Positions 1 to 12,100 are shown, counted from the first letter of the stretch. The stretch is DNA of 64,000 bases from Guillardia theta CCMP2712 (GCF_000315625.1 NW_005434667.1:797061-861060), one strand, 5' to 3'. Numbers and translations: made by a program. The notes: generated from the sequence alone by a model not told the origin.

Positions 1-3000
1 GCGCGCGGTCGGGGTGAAGTATGCTTCCGTCATCTTGTAGATGAAGATGATGGGGAGGAAGGGAGGCAGAACCAGGGTAGGAGGATGCAGATCAGGATAC
101 AGGCCCCGAGCATCCAGATGCTGATCGTGAGGTAGTTCTCGAACATGCTCGTCAGCTGAGTGTCGATCCTGTCTGTGTCCGCGGAGAAGCGGTTGATGAT
201 GCGACCAGACGGCGTCGTGTCGAAGAACGACATGCTCCCGCCAGCACCGACTGCACGAACCTGTGGAGGAGGAGGCGACTAGCGTACACTCCCCTCACCT
301 GGAAGAAGACTCCGCGTACCAGCGTGAGAAGGACACTTCCAACCGCCATGCCGGCGTAGATGCCATTCCAGAAGGAGTCGTGCCGGTTTTTGAGGGAGGA
401 GAGCGGAGGGTCTTGAGTCGGGTCCACGGCCATCGACCATAGGGTCAGCCAGAAGTCGGTCCCGTCGGTGAGGAACTGGACGGCGATGAAGAGGAGGACG
501 AGAATGGCGAGGTGAAGCTTCGATCCCCACGCGCGGAAGTAGAGCATGTAGATTTCGGTGCTAACAGCACCCTTGTCTCTCTCCTCTGACCCTGTCAACT
601 GCCCCTTCTTGGCGTCTCCTTCCGCCTTCTCCTTCGTCCCTACCTTCTCCTCCTCGCCCTCCCCAGCCTCCTCCTCCTCCTTGTGCGCCTGATGGAGGGA
701 CGAGAGGTCGATGTGGCTCTCCACCTCCTCCAGCTTCCCCTGCGCAACGATCTTTCCTCCATCCATGACCACGATCCTGTCAGCGAGCGAGAGGTACTGG
801 ATCTGATGCGTCACGAGCAGACGCGTCTTCTCCTTCAGCTCCCCGAGGATACACTCGTCCATGAGCTTCCGTGCCACGTGCGTGTCGACAGCAGAGAGAG
901 GGTCGTCGAGGAGGTAGATGTCAGCGTTGCTGTAGACCGCGCGAGCAAGCTGGATCCTCGCCTTCTGCCCGCCCGACAGGTTGATCCCTCTCTCTCCGAT
1001 CTCAGTCTCCTCCCCGGCAGGCAGGACGTCCATGTCAGAGTCAAGGGCAGAGACGCGGAGGGAGAGGCGGAAGCGCTCGGGGTCCAGCCGAGACTTGAAC
1101 GTCACGTTCTCTCTCACGGTGGCGCTCTGGATCCAGCAGGACTGGGAGGCGTAGGCGATGGAGCCGGAGGAAGAGACTTGCCCGCTGACTGTCGAGATCT
1201 CCTGCAGGATGGCGGAGAGGAGGGAGGATTTGCCACAGCCGACCTTGCCTGTTACGATGACAAGCTCTCCCTTGCGCACCGTCAGGTTGATGTCCTCCAG
1301 CGTCGGCTTGTCCTGCTCTTCCTGCGCTGCAACGTTTGCGAGCTCCTCGTCAGCCTTCTCCGAGGGTCTGCGAGGAACGTGAGGAGGGAGGGAGGGAGTG
1401 AGGGGGAAGCAGGAGGGTAGAAGAGCAGGACGAGGATCAGAAAAGTCAGGAGGAGTAGACGAGGGGAGCGAGAATATGGGAGGAAGGTATTGAGAGGAGC
1501 AGGGATGTGGTCGCTTACTTGCTCTCCTCCTCCTTCTCCTTGTCCTCTTTCTTTGCCTTTCCGTCATTTTTCTTCTTCTCCTTCCCCTTCTCCTCTTCCT
1601 CCTCCTGCAAGCATCGTCCATTCAGGCACCGTACCTCCCTCCCCTCGACACAATCTCCAACCTTTGCTTTCTTGCATCCCCACGAGAAGTACCCGTTCTT
1701 GATCGAGATCACAACTCCTTCCTCCATCGAAGTCCCCCCCTCCTTCCTCTTCTCCTGCTCCTCCCCCATGATGAAGCTCTGGACGCGCCCCACGGAGATC
1801 TTGGTCCGCGCGTACGCGCTGATCGCCTCGGGGATCTGCATAAGAGGCCAGCGGAGCATGTTGACGAGGNNNNNNNNNNNNNNNNNNNNNNNNNNNNNNN
1901 NNNNNNNNNNNNNNNNNNNNNNNNNNNNNNNNNNNNNNNNNNNNNNNNNNNNNNNNNNNNNNNNNNNNNGCAGTTTGGGAGAGGGGAAGGAGGAGAGGGG
2001 GGAGGAGGAATCACCGTTGCGATCATCATGGCTTTGGTGATAGCGAGTTCTCGAACATGCTTCAGCTCCACTTCCCTTCGCTTGTCACACTCGAGCAGCA
2101 TGGGGTCCTCCCATGCCATGAGCTTGATCACTTTCATCCCCTGGATCATCTCGTTGAGCAGCTTCACCCTTGCGTCCGCCGCCTTCATCCTCAGCCCTTC
2201 CAGCTTCATGATCTTCATGAAGATCACGGCCAGCGCAAAGAAGACGAAGAAGAGCCCGCCGAGCGCGATCCACGTTGCGTCCTTCACCTGCAACCGAAGG
2301 AGGAGGAGGTGAGATGAACATGTGGGTGAGCATGTCGGGAGGGGAGGGTAAGGAGGCAAGAAAATCTGGAGGAAGGAAGGGAGGCGGTGTGGATGAGCAG
2401 GATAACCTCGACGTAAATGAGGTAGAGCGCTAGCACAAGCTGCACCGGGGCAGACCAGGCGGCATTGAAGGAGAGGAAAGACTGAGGAGCAAGTTAAAGA
2501 GAAGAAATCAAGAAATCCAAACTGAAATCTCCTCTACAGCCTCATCTTCACTCCCGTTGTCATCACAAGATCACTGGCAACATTGCAAGCACACGCAACA
2601 ACAACTCACTTGAAACATTCTCTCAGCATCTGTCGACATTAGGTTCACAATCTCTCCCGTTGACCGTTCTTGACGTGCCGCGTTGCTCAGCCGCAGGCAC
2701 TTGGAATAAACCAGACTGTTGCATGAAGCCTTGACCTGCAGCTCCTCTCAACCCTCATCTTTCATCTCATCCCCCTCAATCCTTCCTGTCAAGGCAAGTA
2801 CCCCTTCCCCTCCTCTCTCCCCCACAGTCCATCGCATCCATCCTTTTTTTTCACCCCTTTCTCCCACTCCCCCTCAACGGAGCCCTTCCCTCTCCCCCAC
2901 TCCCTTCCTCCCTCCCTCCCCTCCCCAGTCTCCCTCCCTCCCTCCCTCCCTCTCTCCCCTTCCCTTTCTCCTCCTGGAACATCGGCCTCTCCTCAGCCGT

Positions 3001-3655
3001 CACTTCAAGACTCACCACCAGACCGGCCGCAAGAGCTTTGTGAAACGCGTGGGACTTGCCCAGGGCTACCAGCGATGTTCCAACCACCATCAAGATAGTC
3101 AGCCCGAACCCAGTCTTGAGGTCTTTCTCATCTTTCTGAGGATTCTTCCAGTCAGCAATGAAGGAAATTTCTCTTGCAAAAGAGAACCTGGATGTAGATG
3201 ATGATCTGCTTCACAAGCAAGGGGCTCGAGAAAGATCCGATCAATCTGAACAACTCAAAGAACGCGGACAGAAGGAGCAACCCCCTTGTCTTCCTCCACA
3301 ACACGTGAGCAAGAGAAGGTTTAGGCCTCTGCCTCTCCTCCTCCCACAGCATCTCCACTTCCTGCATGATGTGCTCTGCTTGAAACTGCTTCTGCAAGGT
3401 CAGCAGGTCGGAGGCTTCCAAGTTCTCGGCCTTCTTGTTTCTCTGGTGACCGAGCCGAATGATATCATCCATCCATGTGAAGAACAGCTTTCCGAAGATC
3501 CCCGGTTTAGGAGGATCCTTAGCTGGAGGAGAGGAGTCGTCTTGGCCCAATGCACTCACAAGGTTCGGAACATCGTTCCCGGTTAAGATCTCGCTGTTGC
3601 GGATCTCTACGTCCTCCATCTGATGAGCCTTCATTGCCGCCTCCTTGGTCGACAT
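1..3655 (-). CDS. ABC transporter, ABCC/MRP subfamily (multi-exon; 3' half runs off the window's left edge; gap at 1870-1969)
   Basis: N-terminal '[17 protein letters not shown]' and TMD1 '[23 protein letters not shown]'. NBD1 has Walker [10 protein letters not shown], signature '[24 protein letters not shown]' and Walker B '[12 protein letters not shown]'. TMD2 '[17 protein letters not shown]' follows. The pieces lie in several minus-strand ORFs separated by GT-AG introns. Confidence 0.93.
1870..1969. other. Assembly gap (100 N)
   Basis: Run of N. Confidence 1.
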
Positions 3656-4662
3656 GTCGATTAAGAGGAGGGAGAAGCTACTTTGAGATGAAGAAGATCA
3701 GCCAGTCCACATGTAAGTCCTTCCTTCCCACCTGCAGAAGCAGTCAGATTTATCATTTGTAGAGTGGGATATTAGTCAGCGATCGATCAGGCGCTGGAAC
3801 AGGAACGCTGCCATGTCACGGGAGAGGAGGAGAAGCACACGTGGCAAGGTGATGCTGGGGGGGAGGAGGAGCTAGTGGACGAGAGGTTGAAGGGCGCAGC
3901 ATTCCCAAGAAGCTTCTGCGTTCATGATTGCGCGAGGGTCCCTGTATCTTTAAAACACGGTTTATTTACCCGGTTCTAAAGGGAATGGTTTTTTATCATG
4001 GGGTGGGGTACTTTGCAGGTGAGAGGGACGGGGGTGGTACTCTGTCTGTTCTAGGGGTGGGTCCTCTTTTTGAAGAAGGGGTAGTTTGGCTGATTGACCA
4101 GCTTTTTATGTGCCACTGGAGCTGAGCTGAAAGCACCTGAGACTCCCGGACGCCGGGAGAGTCGCCCCGGGCCCGGCCGGGCCCGGTCCGTGCCCGCTGC
4201 ACTGCACCCGAAGTTGGCACCGCCGGCCCTCGGGAACCCAGGCTGGTCACTGAAACGGTTATATTCACAAAGCCTTTGAGTTGAGTTGATAGTATCACAC
4301 AAGGAGCCTCCGACAGCCCGGCCGCATCCCGGAGTCCGCCTGACGGGCCCGGTAGTCACGGTACTGAACTACAACTTGAACTTGAAGTCAGGCTTTGTTG
4401 CCCTGGCCTGAGGCGGACCGGCACGTTACAGGGCACGTTACGTGAGTATGGTGGGTTGTATGAGGCCATCTCGCCATGGCAGCTTCGTGAAACTTGCGGG
4501 GAGAGGAGAGGCGAGGAAGGTGGGAGGCATGCGGTGTACTCTAGTACGTCATGCCTCACCTTGTCTTCATCGCGTTCAGATGTCTTGCACCTGAAAGCGG
4601 AGAGGTTATGCTGTGATCGATCTCTGTGGGCTCCTACTGTGCTTTCGGAGAATATCCGCGCG

Positions 4663-6375
4663 ATGTCTGCCGTTCGCTCTTGCTTCGCCTGGGTTCTCAT
4701 GGTCACAAGCATAGCGCTGGCGAAAGAAAGGAAATCAGAGTATGTAAGCCCAGAGAAAGCTCTCAGACAGTTTGACCTCTTGATAGAGAGAGAATCGCCA
4801 AGACAAGCTATTGCAATGCTGCAGAAATCAATAGAGCAGAATCCAAAGAATTTCCTCCTCCACAGTTCGCTATCTCTTGCTTATTCCCTGGTAGACGATC
4901 ACGTTAAATCTATCCATTGGGGAGAAAGAGCGCTGACCCTGTCTCCCAACGATGCTGTCGTCCTGTCTCGCCTGATCTTCACGCGTGGGGGTATTTGTGA
5001 TTGGCGAGGGTTGAGCAGGAGCATGAGGAGGCTTAGCAACATGATCGAGCAAGGCTTCTACTGCAACACAGGCTTGAAGGGAGACTGTATCGAGCCGCTG
5101 ACAATGCTCTACCTGCCGCTGTCCTTCGAAGCAAGCGTGAACGTGTCTAAGAAAGGCTGTGGTTGCATTCACAAGATAGCACTGGATCTGCCAGTAGCGA
5201 TGAAGGAGCCTCCGAGCCAAGTAAAGGTCAGAATCGGCTACATCACCTCAGACATCCGAGCGCATGCTACCGCCTACTTGTCGAGAAGCTTGTTCTCCTT
5301 TCATAACCGAGCTGACTTCGAAGTCTCTCTGATCATGACCATCCAACCTCCAGACAGGAGTGGGTACTTTGAGAACATCTCGCAGGCCTTCGACAAAGTC
5401 CAGGTTGTGGGCGGCTGGTCATTCGGTGAGATAGCGACTCACATCAACAGAGAAGGAGTGGAGATCCTGATCGACTTGAACGGGTGGGTCAAGGGAGAGA
5501 AATCTGAAGTTCTGGCACTACGGCCTTGCAGGACGCAGGTTCACTACATGGCGTTTCTCAACAGCATGTCATGCCCTTACGTTGACTACATCGTCGCTGA
5601 TCCTATCGTGGCTCCCGTTTCCTATGCCGACTGGTATGAGGAGAAGCTGATTCTGTTGCCGTCGTCTTTCCTGGTAACGGACCACGCGCAAATGGAGGAG
5701 CCCGACATGTCAGCTCAACGGTGGAGAGCGGAAGTGAACTTCTCATGTGACATGCGGGCAGACAGTCTTGTCATCGGCAACTTGAATGCCTTCTACAAGA
5801 TTGATCCAGAATCCTTCAGAGCATGGCTGGACATCTTGGCCAGAGTGAATCAAAGTTTGCTTTGGATTCAGTCTTGGAATGATCTGGGCGAGCAAAACCT
5901 TGTCATGAATGCGGACATCATGGGAGGCGACCCCTCACGGATGTGTTTCTCCAAACCCCCTCCAGCGCTCTACAATCGGTTGTGGAATCAGCACTCGGTG
6001 ATTGCTGATGTTCACTTGGACACGTTCCTCTACAACACCGTCACCACCGCAACCGATCTCTTCTGGCTTGGCGTGCCATCCGTATCTCTCCCTAGCGAGA
6101 GACTGTGCTCGCGCATCGGGGCCTCGTTCGCGCATGCTGCTGGATCTGAGTGCTTGACGGCAAGGAACTTGGAGGATTACAAGCAAGTTGCAGTTCAAAT
6201 TCTAAGGAATGGCAGGTGGAGGGAGCGGTGGAAGCGAGCGATGATTTCCAAGAGGAAGAAACTGAATTTATTCAACACATCGAAGTGGGTCCTGCAGTGG
6301 GAAAGGGCTCTCAAGATTCTCCGGAGACACGGTCATGAAAACCAGCACAGGAGTCACATCGTCATTCACGAGTAA
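4663..6375 (+). CDS. GT41 family O-GlcNAc/O-fucose transferase-like protein (short TPR region plus SEC/SPY catalytic domain) with N-terminal signal peptide; intronless
   Basis: 'RIGYITSDIRAHAT', 'ILIDLNGWVKG..EVLALRP..QVHY', 'VDYIVADP', 'YEEKLILLP', 'YKIDP', 'DVHLDTFLYN..TTATDLFWLGVP' and 'SRIGAS' match the OGT/SPY catalytic motifs. ATG at 4663 gives 'MSAVRSCFAWVLMVTSIALA'. Confidence 0.9.
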   Translation: MSAVRSCFAWVLMVTSIALAKERKSEYVSPEKALRQFDLLIERESPRQAIAMLQKSIEQNPKNFLLHSSLSLAYSLVDDHVKSIHWGERALTLSPNDAVVLSRLIFTRGGICDWRGLSRSMRRLSNMIEQGFYCNTGLKGDCIEPLTMLYLPLSFEASVNVSKKGCGCIHKIALDLPVAMKEPPSQVKVRIGYITSDIRAHATAYLSRSLFSFHNRADFEVSLIMTIQPPDRSGYFENISQAFDKVQVVGGWSFGEIATHINREGVEILIDLNGWVKGEKSEVLALRPCRTQVHYMAFLNSMSCPYVDYIVADPIVAPVSYADWYEEKLILLPSSFLVTDHAQMEEPDMSAQRWRAEVNFSCDMRADSLVIGNLNAFYKIDPESFRAWLDILARVNQSLLWIQSWNDLGEQNLVMNADIMGGDPSRMCFSKPPPALYNRLWNQHSVIADVHLDTFLYNTVTTATDLFWLGVPSVSLPSERLCSRIGASFAHAAGSECLTARNLEDYKQVAVQILRNGRWRERWKRAMISKRKKLNLFNTSKWVLQWERALKILRRHGHENQHRSHIVIHE

Positions 6376-6377
6376 AT

Positions 6378-7280
6378 CTAATGCTCCATGCCAAAAACGG
6401 AGTGAGGGACGGCACTGTAATGGTTGCTGAGGGCCTCGTCCATCATCTTGTCAGCGAAGGGGTGGGTGGTCTTGTAAGGAGGATCCTGGAGCGCTTTCCT
6501 CATCTCATCGGACGACCTCTCGTGGTGCACCCTGCGAGGGTGCTGCATCCTCGCAGCAGCCGGGTGACCCTCAGGCAGCTGGATAGCGACCTCTTGACCG
6601 CCCGACACTCCTGGTGGGACAGTGACGAGCATTGATCCCCTGTTCGGGATCTTGGCGATGAATCGCTGCCCGCTCTTCAACCCTGCTGGGACGGTGACTG
6701 CATATGAGCGCAGCTGGGCCGATGCCTTGGCATGATGAATCTGATTCCTCTGCTTCATCATCATTCCTCCCTCCATCTGTGGCTGAGCAAGCTGAGACAA
6801 ACCGCTGTCCTCCGATGGCTTCAAGGTCACAGACCCTCCAACTTGTTTGCCGTAGATCTTGTGGACAACCTTGCCGTGGTGCACATCGTAAACATCGTAG
6901 TTCTCGTTCATAGCATCCGTCTTTGCCTTCACTCTTGCCTCGTAGTTCTCCTCCAAAGCATGGCTCCTAGCGTCCGAGATGATGGCATTGAGGTTGTGGA
7001 GGATCCTCTCTGGCTTGACATCATCTCCGATCTTACCCTCTGCCGCCATGTTCAGCCAGTTCTCCTCAGCTTGTGGAAAGTGCATCTGAGTACGCTGATA
7101 CACGAAGTTGGGGATGTCGTACAGCTGAGTTGTGCGAGCATGCGGAGCGACCGCCATCTGCTGCGAGGACGACTTCATGTACATGTCCAACGTCCCTCCA
7201 ACCAGCAGAGTAAGAGCGGCAAGGGAGATGCTTCCCACCAGCACTTTATTCCTCATCGTGTTGGTTGACAAGGATAACAT
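6378..7280 (-). CDS. Unknown protein with N-terminal hydrophobic anchor and a duplicated VTVPxGxxxGQ motif
   Basis: Open frame of about 300 aa; 'KVLVGSISLAALTLLVGG' TM or signal; 'YAVTVPAGLKSGQRF...MLVTVPPGVSGGQEV'. Confidence 0.7.
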   Translation of the reverse strand: MLSLSTNTMRNKVLVGSISLAALTLLVGGTLDMYMKSSSQQMAVAPHARTTQLYDIPNFVYQRTQMHFPQAEENWLNMAAEGKIGDDVKPERILHNLNAIISDARSHALEENYEARVKAKTDAMNENYDVYDVHHGKVVHKIYGKQVGGSVTLKPSEDSGLSQLAQPQMEGGMMMKQRNQIHHAKASAQLRSYAVTVPAGLKSGQRFIAKIPNRGSMLVTVPPGVSGGQEVAIQLPEGHPAAARMQHPRRVHHERSSDEMRKALQDPPYKTTHPFADKMMDEALSNHYSAVPHSVFGMEH

Positions 7281-8514
7281 GGTCGAATCTGTATGACTGC
7301 AACATGTGTCAGAGAACAGAAGCGAATTGGAAGTAGATGAAAGCAGAAACACAATTGCTGCAAATTTTTCTGATGTTGTTCACAGGCTAGAACTTTGAAG
7401 TCCAAAAAGGTCAACAATATCTCTCTTCCTCTACCTAAGCAATTTCTCTTTTAAACTTGTGGAACAATCACTTGATCCACTTAGTCCTCTTAGTCTTCAT
7501 ACCTTGCCACCATTTTGCACACTTGGGTATGTTCGTACGCGATTAGCTGTCATGTATCTCTCACCCGTCTTTCGCCTATATTTGCACCGCAGCTCCACAT
7601 TTTTTTCAATCCAAGTAAACCCCCTCCTCACCCCCTCCTACCTCGTCTTTCTCCATCTTCACTATCCCCTGATCTGTCCCGTACAATTTCCTCACTCCTT
7701 TGCAGCATTCTTTCTCTATCATCAACATCCCCCGCCCTCCTACCCCCCTCTTCCCTTCATCATGTTCGGCCATCACGAAGAGACAATTGAGGCCCCCATC
7801 CCCCCCATCTCCCATCCGCGCCTCAATGCTTCATCCCCCTCATACCCGTCAGTTGCACCCTCATCCAGCCCTCATCCCCCATCATCCCCCATCAACTAAA
7901 TTATAAAACCCTTTGTAGATCACCCTGCATCAGTGTACCCTAGTCATTGTACACCCTACCTCACTCTTTCTCACTTCAATGCTTGATATGGAAGGGTATC
8001 TACTGACCCCCACCCTCTTTCCCCATTTTACATTTGAAAAAGTATTTTAAGTGACCCCTGGGGAGCTCATCAGACCGTATCGTTTGTTTATATATATATT
8101 AATTACCTGTAGTAAAGAGCGGATGCGGCCCTTGCTAACTTGAGCCCTGAACCCTGAGGGGGTGGGCGGCGCGAGGCGATGCAAGGAGGGAGGCGGAGGC
8201 GGAGGCGGAGGCGGTGAATGGGAGGGAGGATGAAGATTGTTCGACGGCAGTGATAGTCAGGCAACCAGACACGGATAGAGACTGAAACCAGAGAGATGGT
8301 TGTGAGTGTTGTGGCAGCCACATAAGAAAGTTTCTTCCTGGTCGGTTGAGGTAATACAAACAGTCAAAGGTGTTCAAATCAGTTGCAGAGGAAGGGGAGA
8401 GGGAGCAGGTTGTAAAACAGTGCAAGTCCAACAGATGAGAAGTGGAGAAGTGTCATATTATTTTCTGTAAGAAGGGGGTTGATTGTCTATCTCGCAGGAG
8501 CCTTTTAGTTCGGG

Positions 8515-9781
8515 ATGGGGCGTGGGAGTCAACATTTGAGAGAAAAGCTTTCTGAAGACCAGGGAAGCTGTTCAGGTCGAGAGGTTCAGCATGATGCAGA
8601 TATACACGAACTGCATGACTTTCGCGTCTCGAGCACGGTGGAAAATTTTCTGACGGGCAAAATCAAGGATGGCCAGTGGATTTTCGAAGTTCCGCAATGT
8701 TCTCGCGCTAAGGAGACGTTATCGGTCATCCTAGTTTCTGCTGTACTGGTTCCCTCGTTCACCGTCTTTCCTGCGCTCCTACTGATTGCGTCCTTGTACC
8801 TCTATCGCTCGTACGGCATTGCAGGGGGCATTCTTTTCATCACCCCGTTGGTGATCTTGTGTACCCTGCCGAAAATGTACTCCCCATGGTTCAAGAAGAA
8901 TTGTTTCCGGCAAGCGCTGATGCACCTTGTGCGATATGTGAAGCCTTTCAAGCTGCTGAAGAAGTCGACGATGGCAAGTGACAAAAACTACATCTTCTGT
9001 TGGCATCCACATGGCAGGCTGTTCTACGGGTTCGCCTTGTTTTGCGGTGATGGAAGCGACCTCCATTGAAGGTTGTGACCCTCCTCCAGGTCTTTTCGAC
9101 ATCTGGTTCCCGGAGCTCAGAAACAAGGAATTCTTCGGAGGGATCAACGACGCCATGTTCAACATTCCAGTCCTGTCGACGCTGATGTCTCTGAACGGAA
9201 TGATCCCGTGCAACAGAAAGAGCGTTGAGAAGAAGTTGGCAAGAGGAGATAGCCTCGGCCTCATCGTCGGAGGGATCGAGGAAGTCTTGGAAGGGACGCA
9301 CGAAGAGAAAGATGTGTTGTACTTGAAGAACAGGAAGGGTTTCGTGAAGGTCCGTGAATGGGCTGTATATTTGGAGTTCTGACTTCCAACGGCTACAGGT
9401 GGCCATGCAAAACAATGTGGGACTGGTTCCTGTTTATGCCTTCGGCGAGAATCAACTGTTTCAGCATGAGCCGAACTGGAGACTCTCCTTCTGGAAGTTT
9501 GTGAACAACTTCATCAAAGTGGGAGCTCCTTTCCCGATCGTCGGACGTGGAGGGTTGCCCATCCCCTTCAGGAAGGAGCTTTTCATCGTGGTCGGAGAGG
9601 TACGTCCTATCTTATCCCAAGGATCTGCAGACGCTGATTGCAGTTCTTTCAGCCTCTGTTCGCGCAGGCTGACGAAACTTTGGATGAGTTCCATGCGAGG
9701 TACATCAGGGCAGTTGAGGATCTATTCCAGGAGCACGTGCGGCTTACAGCAAACCCTCAGAAGAAGCTTGAGATTGTGTGA
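8515..9781 (+). CDS. DGAT2/MGAT-family acyltransferase, 4 exons (introns about 9047-9089, 9350-9398, 9600-9652)
   Basis: 'NYIFCWHPHG', 'GLIVGGIEE', 'LYLKNRKGFVKVA...LVPVYAFGEN', 'GGLPIPFR..IVVGEP'; splicing three GT-AG introns gives a continuous frame to TGA at 9779-9781. Confidence 0.92.
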
Positions 9782-9897
9782 TAGTAGTAGAGAAGAGTGT
9801 GTAACCAAGTAAAGAGATAGTTGAATGAAAATCGTACTGTGACTCGCCCTGTCCGGTCTCCTGAGTATTTTGCCCGAGGCGGGCTCTACATCCCAAC

Positions 9898-12100
9898 ATG
9901 GCAGGGAAGCGCTGTCAATGTGGGGGTGGTGGAGGGAGGGGGAGGGGAGAAGGAGAGGGAGGTAGGGGAGCAGGAGACAGAGGAGGAGATCGCATCATCT
10001 TCTCATGCCTGCACTCGGCATGCAGCATGTGCGCGCCAGAGGCGCTCAAGTGGGGCTCTCGATATGGAAAGTGCCCATGGTGCAGTGCGGCATGTAGAAG
10101 TTTCGCTGGAGGAGAGGTGGAGGCTTTGCTGGACTTGCACGAGAGGACAGGTGGAGAGGCGCTGCCATTGTGCATAGAATGTAGCCTTGAGGCAGCAGAG
10201 CGATTCTGCGAGAGCTGCGATGTCAATCTATGCGGAAAGTGCTTCGAGCTTACGCACGGTGAGAGGGGAGGGGATGTACGCTTGTGACCTTGTTTGATTC
10301 ATCTTCCTTGATGAGCAGATTCAAAGTTGTTCAGGCAGCACAAGACCTCCTCTCCCCGCATCTCTCATCGCGGGTCTTTGCCCAAATGCTCAGCACACCC
10401 CTCACAGACTGTATGTTTCATCGCCAAGGAAGGGGGGACTCTTCATTGCAGAGACTGCGTCCTGCTAGACCCTAAGTTCAGGTCCTTCTGCATGCTCGCT
10501 GGCAGAGGCCGCTGCTGACATCTCGGCGCCAGCATCTCCTCCAACAAGTGCGTTGCCCTGCGTGACGCTGCAGCGAATCCGCGGGGAATGCTGGAGTCCA
10601 AGGTGTCGGAAGCGGAGGCACAACTTGAGCAGGTTGCTTGTCTGCTGGATATCTTTCAGGTCACTGACGCGAAGATGTTGTATGCTGTCTATGTCCTTGC
10701 AACCTTTCCTCTCTCGTTTGCCTCGCTGTTGCCTAGCAGCTGAGGAGGCTTCAGTCAGAGTATTCACTCCGAATCATTTCGCTGAACAAGGACTGTGATC
10801 AAGACCTAGTCTCCATCAAAGAAGAAGTGTTCTTTGTATGACTCTCAGTGCACTAGTGACCCCAACTACAGGCGATGGATCTTGTCAGGTCCGTGAATGA
10901 TCGTTCGAGGATGCTCACTGCGAAGGTCTGTCCGATAAACCCGTTGAGGAGCGAGTGATGTGCTCGTAGATGCGGCGGGAAGGTGCAGCTGCATGCAGGG
11001 AGGAGCATGAGAGACTGAGAGAGATCAGAAGCACCAAGAAGATTTTCGAGAGGGCGCTCCTGATAGGAAGGAAGATCCTTGACAACAGCAATGAGATGGA
11101 CATACTTCTCAGGATGACTGACCTACATCGCCACCTGACCGCCGTCTCCGAGTTTGACATCGCTGGCTATTGTTTTCCTCCTCGTTCTCCAGCGCTCGAC
11201 CCGGCAGCAATGGGGCACGATGCCATGCTCTACCTGGTGGGAGGAAACGACGGGAAGAGCGACCGGGCGGACGTGATGAGCATTGCAGTCAGCGAAGATG
11301 AACGAAGTTCCAGTGCCGGGTGGGGTGAGCAAGCAAGAATGCCGGAAGCGCGGAGAGGTATGGGATGCGTCAGCCTAGGGAGTAGTCTGTTCGTGTTCGG
11401 GGGATGGGACGGGAAGGAGGCGTTGAGGACGTGCCTCAAGTTGGACGTGCAGAGGAACGAGTGGGCCAGCATCGCCCCGATGGTGTCGGCGAGGCAGGCG
11501 ATGGGATGCTGTGTGGCTAGAGGAAAGTTCATTTACGTTATGGGAGGGTATGACGGGTCGAAGAATCTTAACAGCATGGAGAGGTACAACACGTTGACAG
11601 GAGCGTGGAATGAAGTTGCCAGCATGCACAACAGCCGGAGGGGATGCGCAGCTGTGTCGTACGACGAGATGGCGTTCGCCATCGGGGGCAGCGACTCCAC
11701 GGGCGTGTTGAATAGCATCGAATGCTATCACATCTACACCAACGTCTGGCGCTGCCTCCCTCCCATGCAGGTGCCGAGGAGGCTAGCAGGAGCTGCGGCG
11801 CTCAACGACGCCATCTACGTGCTTGGAGGATGGGATGGGGTGAGGGCTCTTGCCTCCTGCGAACGGTTCAGCATCTCGTTGGAGGCCTGGGAGAGGTGCG
11901 AGCCCATGGCAGAGAGTCGGCATGGCGCTGCTGTGGTGGAGGTGAGGGACAAGGTGTGGGTGATAGGGGGGTGGGATGGTGTTTCAACTGCCAGGTCCAA
12001 CTCGGTCGAGATCTTCAGTGAAGGAGGAGGATGGAGCAAGGGGCCTGCTCTTGACAGGCCGACATTCATGGCTGCCGCCGCCACCGTCGTTCCGCGATGA
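9898..12100 (+). CDS. RING/B-box/B-box/coiled-coil (TRIM-like) protein with C-terminal Kelch beta-propeller (multi-exon)
   Basis: RING-like 'CLHSACSMC...CPWC'; B-box 'CIECSLEAAERFCESCDVNLCGKCFELTH'; second B-box 'CSAHP...HCRDC'; six GG/W Kelch repeats in ORF 10970-12100. Confidence 0.82.

Noticed and set aside
4456-4662. Upstream 69-codon extension of the GT41 ORF
   Set aside because: It starts at TTG; the ATG at 4663 gives a clean signal peptide.
7459-7906. 146-aa Pro/Phe-rich ORF
   Set aside because: Low-complexity C/T-rich intergenic DNA with a non-ATG start and no motifs.
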